DNA of 32,000 nucleotides from NCBI RefSeq assembly GCF_001457615.1, contig NZ_LN831024.1:3060001-3092000 (forward strand). The letters run 5' to 3'. Both the position numbers and the translations under genes were made by a program. Below the pieces are notes generated by a model. That model made no database searches and was not told the DNA's origin. It saw only the letters and a list, made by a program, of their open reading frames with translations. The DNA is from Pseudomonas aeruginosa (GTDB lineage Bacteria; Pseudomonadota; Gammaproteobacteria; Pseudomonadales; Pseudomonadaceae). The stretch's first letter is position 1, and each line of letters starts with the position of its first letter. Positions 8,450 through 15,842 of this stretch are shown piece by piece.

Positions 8450-9501
8450 GGCGCTTCGGCTCCGGTCATGTGCAGGATGTCGAGCTCAAGCTCCGGCAGC
8501 AGTCGTGCGGTCAGTGCCAGCTCAATGGACGGCTCTTCGCCGGACAGGTGGCGCTGGCCTTGCTGCAGGGCGATCACCGCCCAGCGCAGGGTGGCCATGA
8601 CCTGCCAGTAGTGCAGTTGGCTGCGCTCGATACGCAGCGGAGACACCTCGTGGTAGCCCCCCAGGAAGTCCTCCAGTTGGCCGATACCGCCGGCCTCGAG
8701 GTCTGGGCGGGTGAAGCGCCAGCAGCGGGCGGTGAACCAGCCGAGGTCTTCGCACGGGTCGCCCCAGCCGGTGAACTCCCAGTCGAGTACGGCTTCGAGT
8801 CCCTGTTCGCTGGCCAGGTAGTTGCCGGTGCGGTAGTCACGGTGCAACAGACACAGGATGCTGTTGCGCGGTGCGTGCAGCTCGCACCAGCGCAGGCCCC
8901 ACTCCAGCACCGGATAGGCATCGGCGAGGGTGTTGAGGTAGTGGCGATAGGCGTCGATGGTCGCCAAGGCCGGTGAGCGGGTTGGCATCGGCAGGAAATC
9001 CAGCGCGGCGCACGGCGGGCGAACCTGATGCAGGCGCGCCAGGTTGGCGCCAAGCTGCGCCGCCAGCTGCGCCCGGCCCTGGGTGCCGGCGCCAGCGCTG
9101 AGCAAGCGACCGGCGGCGACACCCGGCACGTACTCCATCAGGAAGAACACCCGCCCATGCACGCGCATATCGCGGCACAGCCACAGCGGGCGCGGTACTT
9201 TCACACCGGCCTGATGAACCACTTGCAGCACCGCGAACTCCTGTTCTCGGTCAAGGCTGGCGGGTAGCGCGGAAAGCGCATCGCTGCGCAGCACCCAACG
9301 CCGGGCGCCAGCCCAGGGGCCGCCTTCGATCAGCAGGTCCAGCAGCCAGTTTTCCTGGATGGCGCCGCCGCTCAGGCGCTGGCGTGCCTGGATGACCACC
9401 CGCTTCGCTGCGGCGTGCTCGCGGATGAACTCGACCAGTGGCTGGTCGTCCGGGGCCACGAATGTCTCGCCGTCCCGTACGGTCGTAGGAGGAGTGCTCA
9501 T
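8446..9501 (-). CDS. lvaA: Aminoglycoside-phosphotransferase (APH)/protein-kinase-like fold phosphotransferase; LvaA-type 4-hydroxyacyl-CoA kinase candidate
   Basis: APH-like features: RLSGGAIQENW nucleotide-loop region, catalytic LLHRDYRTGN (HxDxxxxN) and DWE. Start set at ATG 9501 (MSTPP), with ATG 9528 as an alternative. The track start 9642 would lie upstream of the sigma54 promoter. Confidence 0.85.
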   Translation of the reverse strand: MSTPPTTVRDGETFVAPDDQPLVEFIREHAAAKRVVIQARQRLSGGAIQENWLLDLLIEGGPWAGARRWVLRSDALSALPASLDREQEFAVLQVVHQAGVKVPRPLWLCRDMRVHGRVFFLMEYVPGVAAGRLLSAGAGTQGRAQLAAQLGANLARLHQVRPPCAALDFLPMPTRSPALATIDAYRHYLNTLADAYPVLEWGLRWCELHAPRNSILCLLHRDYRTGNYLASEQGLEAVLDWEFTGWGDPCEDLGWFTARCWRFTRPDLEAGGIGQLEDFLGGYHEVSPLRIERSQLHYWQVMATLRWAVIALQQGQRHLSGEEPSIELALTARLLPELELDILHMTGAEAP

Positions 9502-9544
9502 GGGGTTGTAGGGCCTGCCTGTAGTCATGTTGTCAGACAGCTTT

Positions 9545-9560
9545 AGCAACGCCTGGGCCA
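9545..9560 (-). promoter_or_regulatory. Sigma54 (-24/-12) promoter TGGCCCAGGCGTTGCT driving the lvaA-G operon
   Basis: Minus strand reads TGGCCC-AGGCG-TTGCT, against consensus TGGCAC-N5-TTGCW. GG and GC are at the correct 12-nt register. It sits 17-44 nt upstream of the candidate lvaA starts and next to a sigma54 activator gene. Confidence 0.7.
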
Positions 9561-9596
9561 ATTTTCGGGATATGCCTGTAACCCGCGCGCTCTCTG

Positions 9597-9618
9597 GCGC
9601 CAGGTTTTTCCATGGCGC
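9597..9618. promoter_or_regulatory. Inverted repeat GCGCCA-N10-TGGCGC, candidate activator (UAS) site in the lvaR-lvaA divergent region
   Basis: Read directly, about 40-60 bp upstream of the -24 element. No known consensus is available to compare against. Confidence 0.3.
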
Positions 9619-9697
9619 TCGACGAAGCAATCCGGGTTTCACTTTTGCAACGAACTGATTCAGTATCGAAACAATTCAATTCTGAACAGGTCTCGAC

Positions 9698-11650
9698 ATG
9701 CGTCCTCCCCTTTCCCAGGTCGTCGTGCTGGTCAGTCACCTTCAACGACCTCGGCAGCGCAGTCGCCTCGCCAGCCTGGTGGCCGGCCTGGCGGCGGGCT
9801 ACCCGGACGTCCATATCGAGGTGCTCGACACCTCGGTATCCGAAGCCCTGCAAACCGCCCGCGATCTCGAACAGCGCGGCAAGGCCGACGTGTTCGTCTG
9901 TGCTGGCGCCACTGCCGCCTACCTGCGTAGACACCTGGCACGTCCGGTTCTGACGATGCGCGTTGGCGGCGGAGACCTGTTGCGTGCGCTGGAGCAAGCC
10001 CGCGAACACTCCTCCCATGTCGCCCTGCTCAGCTACAACCGCATCGACCGGGACCTGCAAGCCATGCGAACGCTGTTCACGGTGCAGGTTCACCAGGTCG
10101 CCTACACCACCCTGGAAGAGGCTCGCCAGGCTGTCCTGGAGGTAGCCCGGCTGGGTTGCCGCAGCATCATCGGTTCGTCGACGGTGGTGGAGCTGGCGGA
10201 ACAGGCAGGCCTGCACGGCGTGCTGTCGCTGAGCGAAGACACTGCGCGCAAGGCGCTCGAGGAAGCCATGGGAGTCCTCGACAGCCAGCGCCTGGAGATC
10301 GCCAAGCGGCGGCATCTGGACGCGGTGCTGCAACACATTCCAAGCGGTGTGGCAGCGGTCGACAACCAGGGTGTGGTGCAATCGCTCAACCCTGCCCTTG
10401 CCCAGTTGCTGGAGTTGCCGGTCAGCTCGGCTCTGGGTCGACCGTTACAGCAGCTATGCCCGGAGCTTGACCTGCAACAGGCGCTAGAGGATGGCGGTGG
10501 CGAGGAAAACCGGGTGATCCGGCTGGGCTCGCACGCCGTGGTCAGCAATCTCCTGCCGATCCTGGAGAATGGCGAGCGTACCGGCCTGGTGCTCACCTGC
10601 CAGGACATCACCGCCGTGCAGCGCGCGGATCAACGCATCCGCTCCACTCGCCGTCCAGGTGCCTTCACCGCGCGTTACCGGCTCGAACAACTCAACGGCG
10701 CGAGCAAGGCCAACCGTGAGATGTTGCAACTGGCCAAGCGCTTTGCCGCCAGCCATTCGACCATCCTGATCACTGGCGAAAGCGGCACCGGCAAGGAACT
10801 GCTCGCCCAAGGGATCCATAACGAGAGCCCTCGCCGGCACGGGCCTTTCGTCGCCATCAACTGCGCGGCGTTTCCCGAGTCGCTACTGGAAAGCGAACTG
10901 TTCGGCTACGAGGAAGGCGCCTTCAGCGGTTCGCGCAAAGGCGGCAAGCCCGGCCTGTTCGAGGCGGCTCACCGTGGCACGCTGTTCCTCGACGAGATCG
11001 GCGACATGCCTGTGTCGCTGCAGACTCGCCTCCTTCGTGTATTGCAGGAGCGAGAGGTCTTGCGCCTGGGCGGCACCGAGCCGATCTCCATCGACGTGCG
11101 CATCATCGCCGCCACCCACAAGGACCTGGGGGCCGCCATGAAGGATCGCGAGTTTCGCACCGACCTGTATTACCGGCTGAATATCCTGCGCTTGCAGACC
11201 ACTCCCCTGCGCGAGCGGCCCGAGGACATTCCTCTGATTTGCCAGGGAATCAGCCAGCGCCTGCTGGTCCAGGGCCAGCCACCGGGTGCCGCAGGCATAA
11301 CGACGCTCCTGCTACCCTACCTCGTCCGCCATTCCTGGCCCGGAAACGTCAGGGAACTGGAGAATGTCATCGAACGGGCGATGCTCTCCGCCAGCGAAAT
11401 CTTCCATGAGCACGGCGTGGATGAGCATTACCTGGCTCGCGTGCTGCCCGAGCTATTCGAAGGCCAGCCTCAGCCCAGGTCCCGGAAAGAGCCATCGCGC
11501 ACAAAGGATTTGCACGCCATCGGCAAAACCGCGCAGTTGCGCTACATACAGGAGACGCTGGACAGCTGCCAGGGCAGCCTTGACGAGGCTGCGCGTCGGC
11601 TCGGGATCAGCCGGACCACGCTGTGGCGGCGGCTTCGCTCGGCACGCTGA
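9698..11650 (+). CDS. lvaR: Sigma54-dependent transcriptional activator, PrpR-N / PAS / AAA+ / Fis-HTH architecture; LvaR-type
   Basis: PrpR-type N-domain, a central PAS-like segment, AAA+ motifs GESGTGKE, GAFSGS (GAFTGA loop variant) and LFLDEIG, and a C-terminal HTH (ISRTTLWRRL). Confidence 0.9.
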   Translation: MRPPLSQVVVLVSHLQRPRQRSRLASLVAGLAAGYPDVHIEVLDTSVSEALQTARDLEQRGKADVFVCAGATAAYLRRHLARPVLTMRVGGGDLLRALEQAREHSSHVALLSYNRIDRDLQAMRTLFTVQVHQVAYTTLEEARQAVLEVARLGCRSIIGSSTVVELAEQAGLHGVLSLSEDTARKALEEAMGVLDSQRLEIAKRRHLDAVLQHIPSGVAAVDNQGVVQSLNPALAQLLELPVSSALGRPLQQLCPELDLQQALEDGGGEENRVIRLGSHAVVSNLLPILENGERTGLVLTCQDITAVQRADQRIRSTRRPGAFTARYRLEQLNGASKANREMLQLAKRFAASHSTILITGESGTGKELLAQGIHNESPRRHGPFVAINCAAFPESLLESELFGYEEGAFSGSRKGGKPGLFEAAHRGTLFLDEIGDMPVSLQTRLLRVLQEREVLRLGGTEPISIDVRIIAATHKDLGAAMKDREFRTDLYYRLNILRLQTTPLRERPEDIPLICQGISQRLLVQGQPPGAAGITTLLLPYLVRHSWPGNVRELENVIERAMLSASEIFHEHGVDEHYLARVLPELFEGQPQPRSRKEPSRTKDLHAIGKTAQLRYIQETLDSCQGSLDEAARRLGISRTTLWRRLRSAR

Positions 11651-11662
11651 GCAAAACGATGC

Positions 11663-11690
11663 GCCTGGGCGATGCGGAACTCGCCCAGGC
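11663..11690. terminator. 9-bp GC-rich hairpin (GCCTGGGCG-N10-CGCCCAGGC) between convergent lvaR and the MCE operon
   Basis: Perfect stem. On the minus strand it is followed by GCATCGTTTTGC. There is no U-run on the plus strand. Confidence 0.5.
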
Positions 11691-11715
11691 ATGGACGCGG
11701 CCGGTGCCGTGAAAC

Positions 11716-12219
11716 TCAATTGATCAGCGGAACCTGCTTGCCGATCTGCAACGCCTCCAGCGCGTCCAGTTGCGCTTCGATCTGCAGGAAGCGCATGGCC
11801 CGCCGAGGTGACATCTTCTCGGCCACTTCCTGCACGTACCGGTGCAGCACGGCCAGCTGTTTCTCCTGCAATCCCCGATAGAGGTCGACCATCCTCGAAG
11901 CTTCCGCGTCGGTAATGCTGCCGGAACCATAGGCGCGGGCATATTCGAGCAGGAGCTGGAATGTCTCCTTGTGCAGGCTGTCCGTTTCGCCTCGGTAGCG
12001 TGAATAGATCGGCCAGAACGTCTCGGCTTCGGTACCGTCCAGCGCCATGTTTGCCTCGACCATCCGTTTGCGCTTGTAGTTGATGGTTTCCAGCTGGTTC
12101 CTGATCTTTTCCTTGTGCTCGTTCATCACCTGCTCGACCGATGGCAGGGGTTCGTCGGCATGAGCGGCAAGGGAAAGGGTCGCGACCAGGGTGGCCACGA
12201 AAAGCAAGCGCCTGGACAT
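11716..12219 (-). CDS. Secreted (Sec signal peptide, non-lipoprotein) all-helical protein of unknown family, third gene of the MCE operon
   Basis: Start ATG 12219 lies 7 nt after AAGGAG. Signal peptide MSRRLLFVATLVATLSLAAHA|DE, with no Cys. Charged, helix-prone sequence with FWPIYSRY and LQEKQLAVL segments. It lies 58 nt downstream of the MCE gene. Confidence 0.7.
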   Translation of the reverse strand: MSRRLLFVATLVATLSLAAHADEPLPSVEQVMNEHKEKIRNQLETINYKRKRMVEANMALDGTEAETFWPIYSRYRGETDSLHKETFQLLLEYARAYGSGSITDAEASRMVDLYRGLQEKQLAVLHRYVQEVAEKMSPRRAMRFLQIEAQLDALEALQIGKQVPLIN

Positions 12220-12277
12220 CGGCGTTCTCCTTCTGGGTTGATCGAATGGATTCATGCTGCCGCGGTGCGATGCGACA

Positions 12278-14581
12278 TCAACGGGCCCCGCGCCTCAGGG
12301 CGATCCTGGGCGCCCACTCCAGCCATTCGTCATTGGCCGAATCGAACAGGGCGAAGGTCTGCCCCGGCTTGGCGGGCTCGCCCATCTGCGCATTGTTCGG
12401 GGTGGCGAAGGCAATGCCGCCCTCCATCAGCGCCTCCATCGACTCGGTGCGTAGCGACAGACCCTTGAACAGGCTGGCGTCGACGCCGAAGCCGCTGGCA
12501 TTCCAGAAACGGCTGCCGGTACGCACCAGCGGTACGTAGCTCGGTTCGATGAGGATGCTGATCAGCACCCGGTCGGCCTGTTCGCCCAAGGCCAGGTCGA
12601 CGACCTTGCCCACCGGGATCTGCCGGTAGGTCACCAGGTTGCCCGGCTTGATCGAGCCCTTGCGCGGCGCACTGAGGGTCAGCCGCAGGCCGTTTTCCCG
12701 ACCCAGCAGGTTGGGCGCTTCGGCGAGAGTCTGGAAGCGTGCCTGGCGCTCGCTCGGCGTGCTCGACGGCAGCGCCTCGATGTAGGGGCCGCTGACCAGG
12801 GTTCCGAGGTTCTCGGTACGCAGCAGGCCGAGCGCCGGACGCACCACCCAGAAGCGGGTTCCGCTGCGGGCGACGCGCTCGCCGGCGGAAGTCAGGCGGG
12901 CCTTCATCAGTACCCCGGAGAGGTCCGGGTTCAGCTCGACGCTTTCGATCTTGCCGATGTCCAGGCCCTTGAAGCGGATCGGCGTGCCTTCGCGCAGGCC
13001 GTCGGCATTGTCGATGCTCAGCTGGATCTCCACGCCACGGGCCATCGCCGCCTCCTCGCTGTCGAAGAGGGTGAAGCGACGCACCTTGGTCACGGTCGGC
13101 GCCTTCGGATCGAGGGTGTCGAAGGAAATCCCGCCGGTGATCAGGGTCTGTAGCGACTCGCTCTTCACCTGCACGCCGCTGAGGTTGCCGGTCAGGGTGA
13201 TCCCGCTGGAGTTCCAGAAGCGCGTCGAGGTATTCACCAGGTGCGCGTACTCCGGCTCGATGTGCACACCCACCACCACTCGCTGGCGGTCGCGCGACAG
13301 CTGGTAGCTCTGCACGCTGCCGACGCGGACCTGGCGGTAGAGGATCGGCGCGCCGATGTCGATCGAGCCGAGCTTGTCGCTGGTCAGCACCAGGTGCAGG
13401 CCGGGCGCGTCGGTGTTCAGCGGCGGCGCTTTCGGGCGGATGGTGAACTCGCGACTCGGCGCGCCGCTCTTGGCGAAGCGCACGTCGATGTAGTTACCTT
13501 TCACCAAGGCCTCGAGGCCGGTGATGCCGGCCAGGGAGATGCTTGGCTTGACGGTCCAGAATTCGGTGCCTTCCAGCAGCATGTCCTCGACCCGCGGATC
13601 CATCGCCAGGTCGGCAGTGGCGCTGCTGTAGTCCTTGCCCATGTCGATCGACTTGACCAGGCCGACCTGCACGCCGTTGAACATCACCGGGGTGCGGCCC
13701 GGATCGATACCACTGACGTCGTTCATCTTCAGCTTCACGCGCAGACCGGCCTGGGCCGCGTCGTAGTCGTCGTACAGGCGGAACGGCTTGCTCGGATCGG
13801 TCGGCGGGCTGTCGGTGCGGTTCTCCGGGGTGGAGAAGGCGATACCGCCGGCGACCAGGGTCAGCAGCGACTCGCTGTGCACCTTGAAGCCGGACAGGCC
13901 GCCGGAAATGGAGATGCCGCTGGCGTTCCAGAATCGCGTGTGCTTGCGCACCAGGTCGGCGTAGGCCGGCTCGATGTGCACCTTGATCTCGATGGTCCTC
14001 TGGTCATCGCCCAACTGGAAGCTCTTCACCTGGCCGACCTGGATCTGCCGGTAGAACACCGGGCTGCCCTGCTCCAGGGAGCCCAGGCGATCGGCCTTGA
14101 GGGTCAGGTGCAGGCCGGGCAGCCTGTCGGAAAGGGGGGGCGGCTGCTTCAGCGCGGTGAAGTTGCGTTCTTCCTTCTCGCCCTTCACCGGATCGACCGC
14201 GATGTAGACGCCGGAGACCAGGGTTTCCAGGCCGGTGACGCCAGCCAGGGAAACCCGCGGCTTGACCAGCCAGAAGCGAGTACCCTTGCTCAGGTACTGG
14301 CGCGCCTCCTTGTCCATTTCGATGGTGGCCACCACGCCCTTGATATCTTCGCTGACATCCAGCGCGACGACCTTGCCGACCGCGATGCCCTTGTACAGCA
14401 CCTCGGTCTTCTTCGCCTGGATGCCATCGCTGCTCTCGAAGCGCACCTGGATCAGCACCCCTGCCTGGTCGTAGGCGCGCCAGCCCAGCCAGGCCCCGAT
14501 AGCCAGGGCCACCAGCGGCAGCACCCAGATCGCCGACCAGTTCGAGGTCTTGTGTTTCTTCGGGCTTGGCAAATCACTCAT
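12278..14581 (-). CDS. Six-MCE-domain intermembrane lipid-transport protein (PqiB/LetB family)
   Basis: N-terminal TM anchor (WSAIWVLPLVALAIGAWLGW) like PqiB. Six MCE repeats are visible as three tandem pairs: GTRFW..SLAGVTGLETLVSG, HTRFWNASGIS, GTEFW..SLAGITGLEALVKG, STRFWNSSGIT, GTRFW..LGTLVSG, GSRFWNASGFG. It has no long C-terminal needle helix. The start overlaps the pqiA-like stop by 8 nt. Confidence 0.9.
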   Translation of the reverse strand: MSDLPSPKKHKTSNWSAIWVLPLVALAIGAWLGWRAYDQAGVLIQVRFESSDGIQAKKTEVLYKGIAVGKVVALDVSEDIKGVVATIEMDKEARQYLSKGTRFWLVKPRVSLAGVTGLETLVSGVYIAVDPVKGEKEERNFTALKQPPPLSDRLPGLHLTLKADRLGSLEQGSPVFYRQIQVGQVKSFQLGDDQRTIEIKVHIEPAYADLVRKHTRFWNASGISISGGLSGFKVHSESLLTLVAGGIAFSTPENRTDSPPTDPSKPFRLYDDYDAAQAGLRVKLKMNDVSGIDPGRTPVMFNGVQVGLVKSIDMGKDYSSATADLAMDPRVEDMLLEGTEFWTVKPSISLAGITGLEALVKGNYIDVRFAKSGAPSREFTIRPKAPPLNTDAPGLHLVLTSDKLGSIDIGAPILYRQVRVGSVQSYQLSRDRQRVVVGVHIEPEYAHLVNTSTRFWNSSGITLTGNLSGVQVKSESLQTLITGGISFDTLDPKAPTVTKVRRFTLFDSEEAAMARGVEIQLSIDNADGLREGTPIRFKGLDIGKIESVELNPDLSGVLMKARLTSAGERVARSGTRFWVVRPALGLLRTENLGTLVSGPYIEALPSSTPSERQARFQTLAEAPNLLGRENGLRLTLSAPRKGSIKPGNLVTYRQIPVGKVVDLALGEQADRVLISILIEPSYVPLVRTGSRFWNASGFGVDASLFKGLSLRTESMEALMEGGIAFATPNNAQMGEPAKPGQTFALFDSANDEWLEWAPRIALRRGAR

Positions 14582-15194
14582 TCTCGTCGTCCAGATTGGT
14601 GTTGTCCCAGATAAGCCGGGGGTCGAACGTCACGGCGGCGAGCATGGTGAGCACCACCACGCTGGCGAAGGCGGCGGCGCCGAGATTGGCCTCGATGCTC
14701 GCCAGGTTGCCGAAATTGACCAGCGCCACGAGGATGGCGATGACGAAGATATCGAGCATCGACCAGCGCCCGACCCATTCGATGAAGCGGTACATCATGA
14801 TTCGCTGGCGGGCCGACATCGGCTGGTGCCGCTGCACCGAATAGAGCAGCAGGGCGATGCCGACCAGCTTGAAGGTGGGGACGACGATACTGGCGACGAA
14901 CACCACCAGGGCGATGGGAAACATGTCGGCCTGGATCAGGGTCACGACCCCGCCCATGATGGTCGCCGGGGAGCCCTTGCCGAGCATGTTGACGGTCATG
15001 ATCGGCAACAGGTTGGCGGGAACGTAGAGAATCATCGCCGAGATCAGCAACGCCCAGGTACGGGCAATGCTGTTCGGCCGCCGAGGATGCAGCTTCGCGC
15101 CGCAGCGACTGCAACGCGGATGCTCGTTCCCGTCGGCGCGATTCAACTGGTGGCACTCGCCGCAGACCAGAATGCCGGCATCGATCGCACGCAT
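14574..15194 (-). CDS. Single-module (half-size, 206 aa) PqiA/LetA-family membrane protein with N-terminal zinc ribbon
   Basis: Collinear with the C-terminal half of E. coli PqiA as I remember it (LYVPANLLPIM, VVPTFKL, EWVGRWSMLDIFVIAIL, TFDPRLIWD). It has the CGEC...CSRC motif. Start ATG 15194 lies 6 nt after GGAGAA. The 79-codon upstream extension in the track has GC3 of only about 67% and is rejected. Confidence 0.85.
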   Translation of the reverse strand: MRAIDAGILVCGECHQLNRADGNEHPRCSRCGAKLHPRRPNSIARTWALLISAMILYVPANLLPIMTVNMLGKGSPATIMGGVVTLIQADMFPIALVVFVASIVVPTFKLVGIALLLYSVQRHQPMSARQRIMMYRFIEWVGRWSMLDIFVIAILVALVNFGNLASIEANLGAAAFASVVVLTMLAAVTFDPRLIWDNTNLDDENE

Positions 15195-15481
15195 TGTCGT
15201 TCTCCAGGATCTCTGCCGGGACGGTGATGGTTTGTCGTCGTCCAGCGCGGCGGCCAACCTGTGCCTTGCCCGGCAGGGAATGGGCACGGGGAAACCACCT
15301 GTCGGGGGAAGCTGCCGTCGGAAGACGATTCTGTCCGGGGCGTTACAGCGATGGCATGGGTTCGGCCACTCACGCGCATCAGTTGTCCGCTCGGCTCGAT
15401 CTGGCCAGGCTGGGCCGGACTCGCTATTCATGCCGCTTGGACGACGATCGAGCGCTGGGATCGCATGATGCTTATATAGTT

Positions 15482-15507
15482 CACATGAGTCAATATTGTC
15501 TCATGTG
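15482..15507. promoter_or_regulatory. 26-bp near-perfect palindrome CACATGAG-T-CAATATTG-T-CTCATGTG in an AT-rich patch; candidate operator
   Basis: Read directly. 24 of 26 positions are self-complementary. It sits immediately 3' of TATAGT (15475-15480), in the lowest-GC stretch of a 648-bp spacer. Confidence 0.5.
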
Positions 15508-15842
15508 TTTTTCTCCATCGCGCTATACGGAGCCAAGCGGCGATCCTGCCAGGGAGGCATCATGGCATTCGCCACGGAAGGAAGGACCCCCGGAGAGATT
15601 GTGGCGCGCCTCCTGTCTCATGCCGATGCAAGTGGCGGTATCGGCCGAGAATCCCTCGACACCGAGAAGCGGCTTTTCCGCGTCCAGGCATGGGACGATA
15701 GGAGCACTCGGGCAGCCCTGGATCGATACTCGCTTTACAGGCAGGAACACCGGCGGGCCTCTTCCGGGGCTCCTCCAGTGTCCTGCTGCACACCTCTGAG
15801 GCTCCGATATCCTCCGAACCTCGTCTTTGCCCGGTTCCTCTT

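Noticed and set aside
9502-9642. Track start of the kinase ORF at 9642 (398 aa).
   Set aside because: It would place the coding region across the sigma54 -24/-12 promoter. The N-terminal 47 residues have no counterpart in APH-fold proteins.
15265-15420. Resemblance of GGGGAAACCACCTGTCGGGGG / CAGGCTGGGCC to ZTP (pfl) riboswitch conserved blocks, and a vague cobalamin-box impression.
   Set aside because: The P2 hairpin (GGUGG-GAAA-CCACC) cannot form on either strand. The 3' CCGCCUGGGCA block is not matched. No purine or folate gene lies downstream.
15195-15431. 79-codon upstream extension of the pqiA-like ORF. It includes a tempting CHRC motif that could have been a remnant of a first zinc ribbon or first PqiA module.
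   Set aside because: GC3 is about 67% versus about 85-90% in the gene body. It has no hydrophobic TM segments. A strong GGAGAA SD sits right before ATG 15194. None of the frames between 15431 and 15842 shows PqiA-like sequence.
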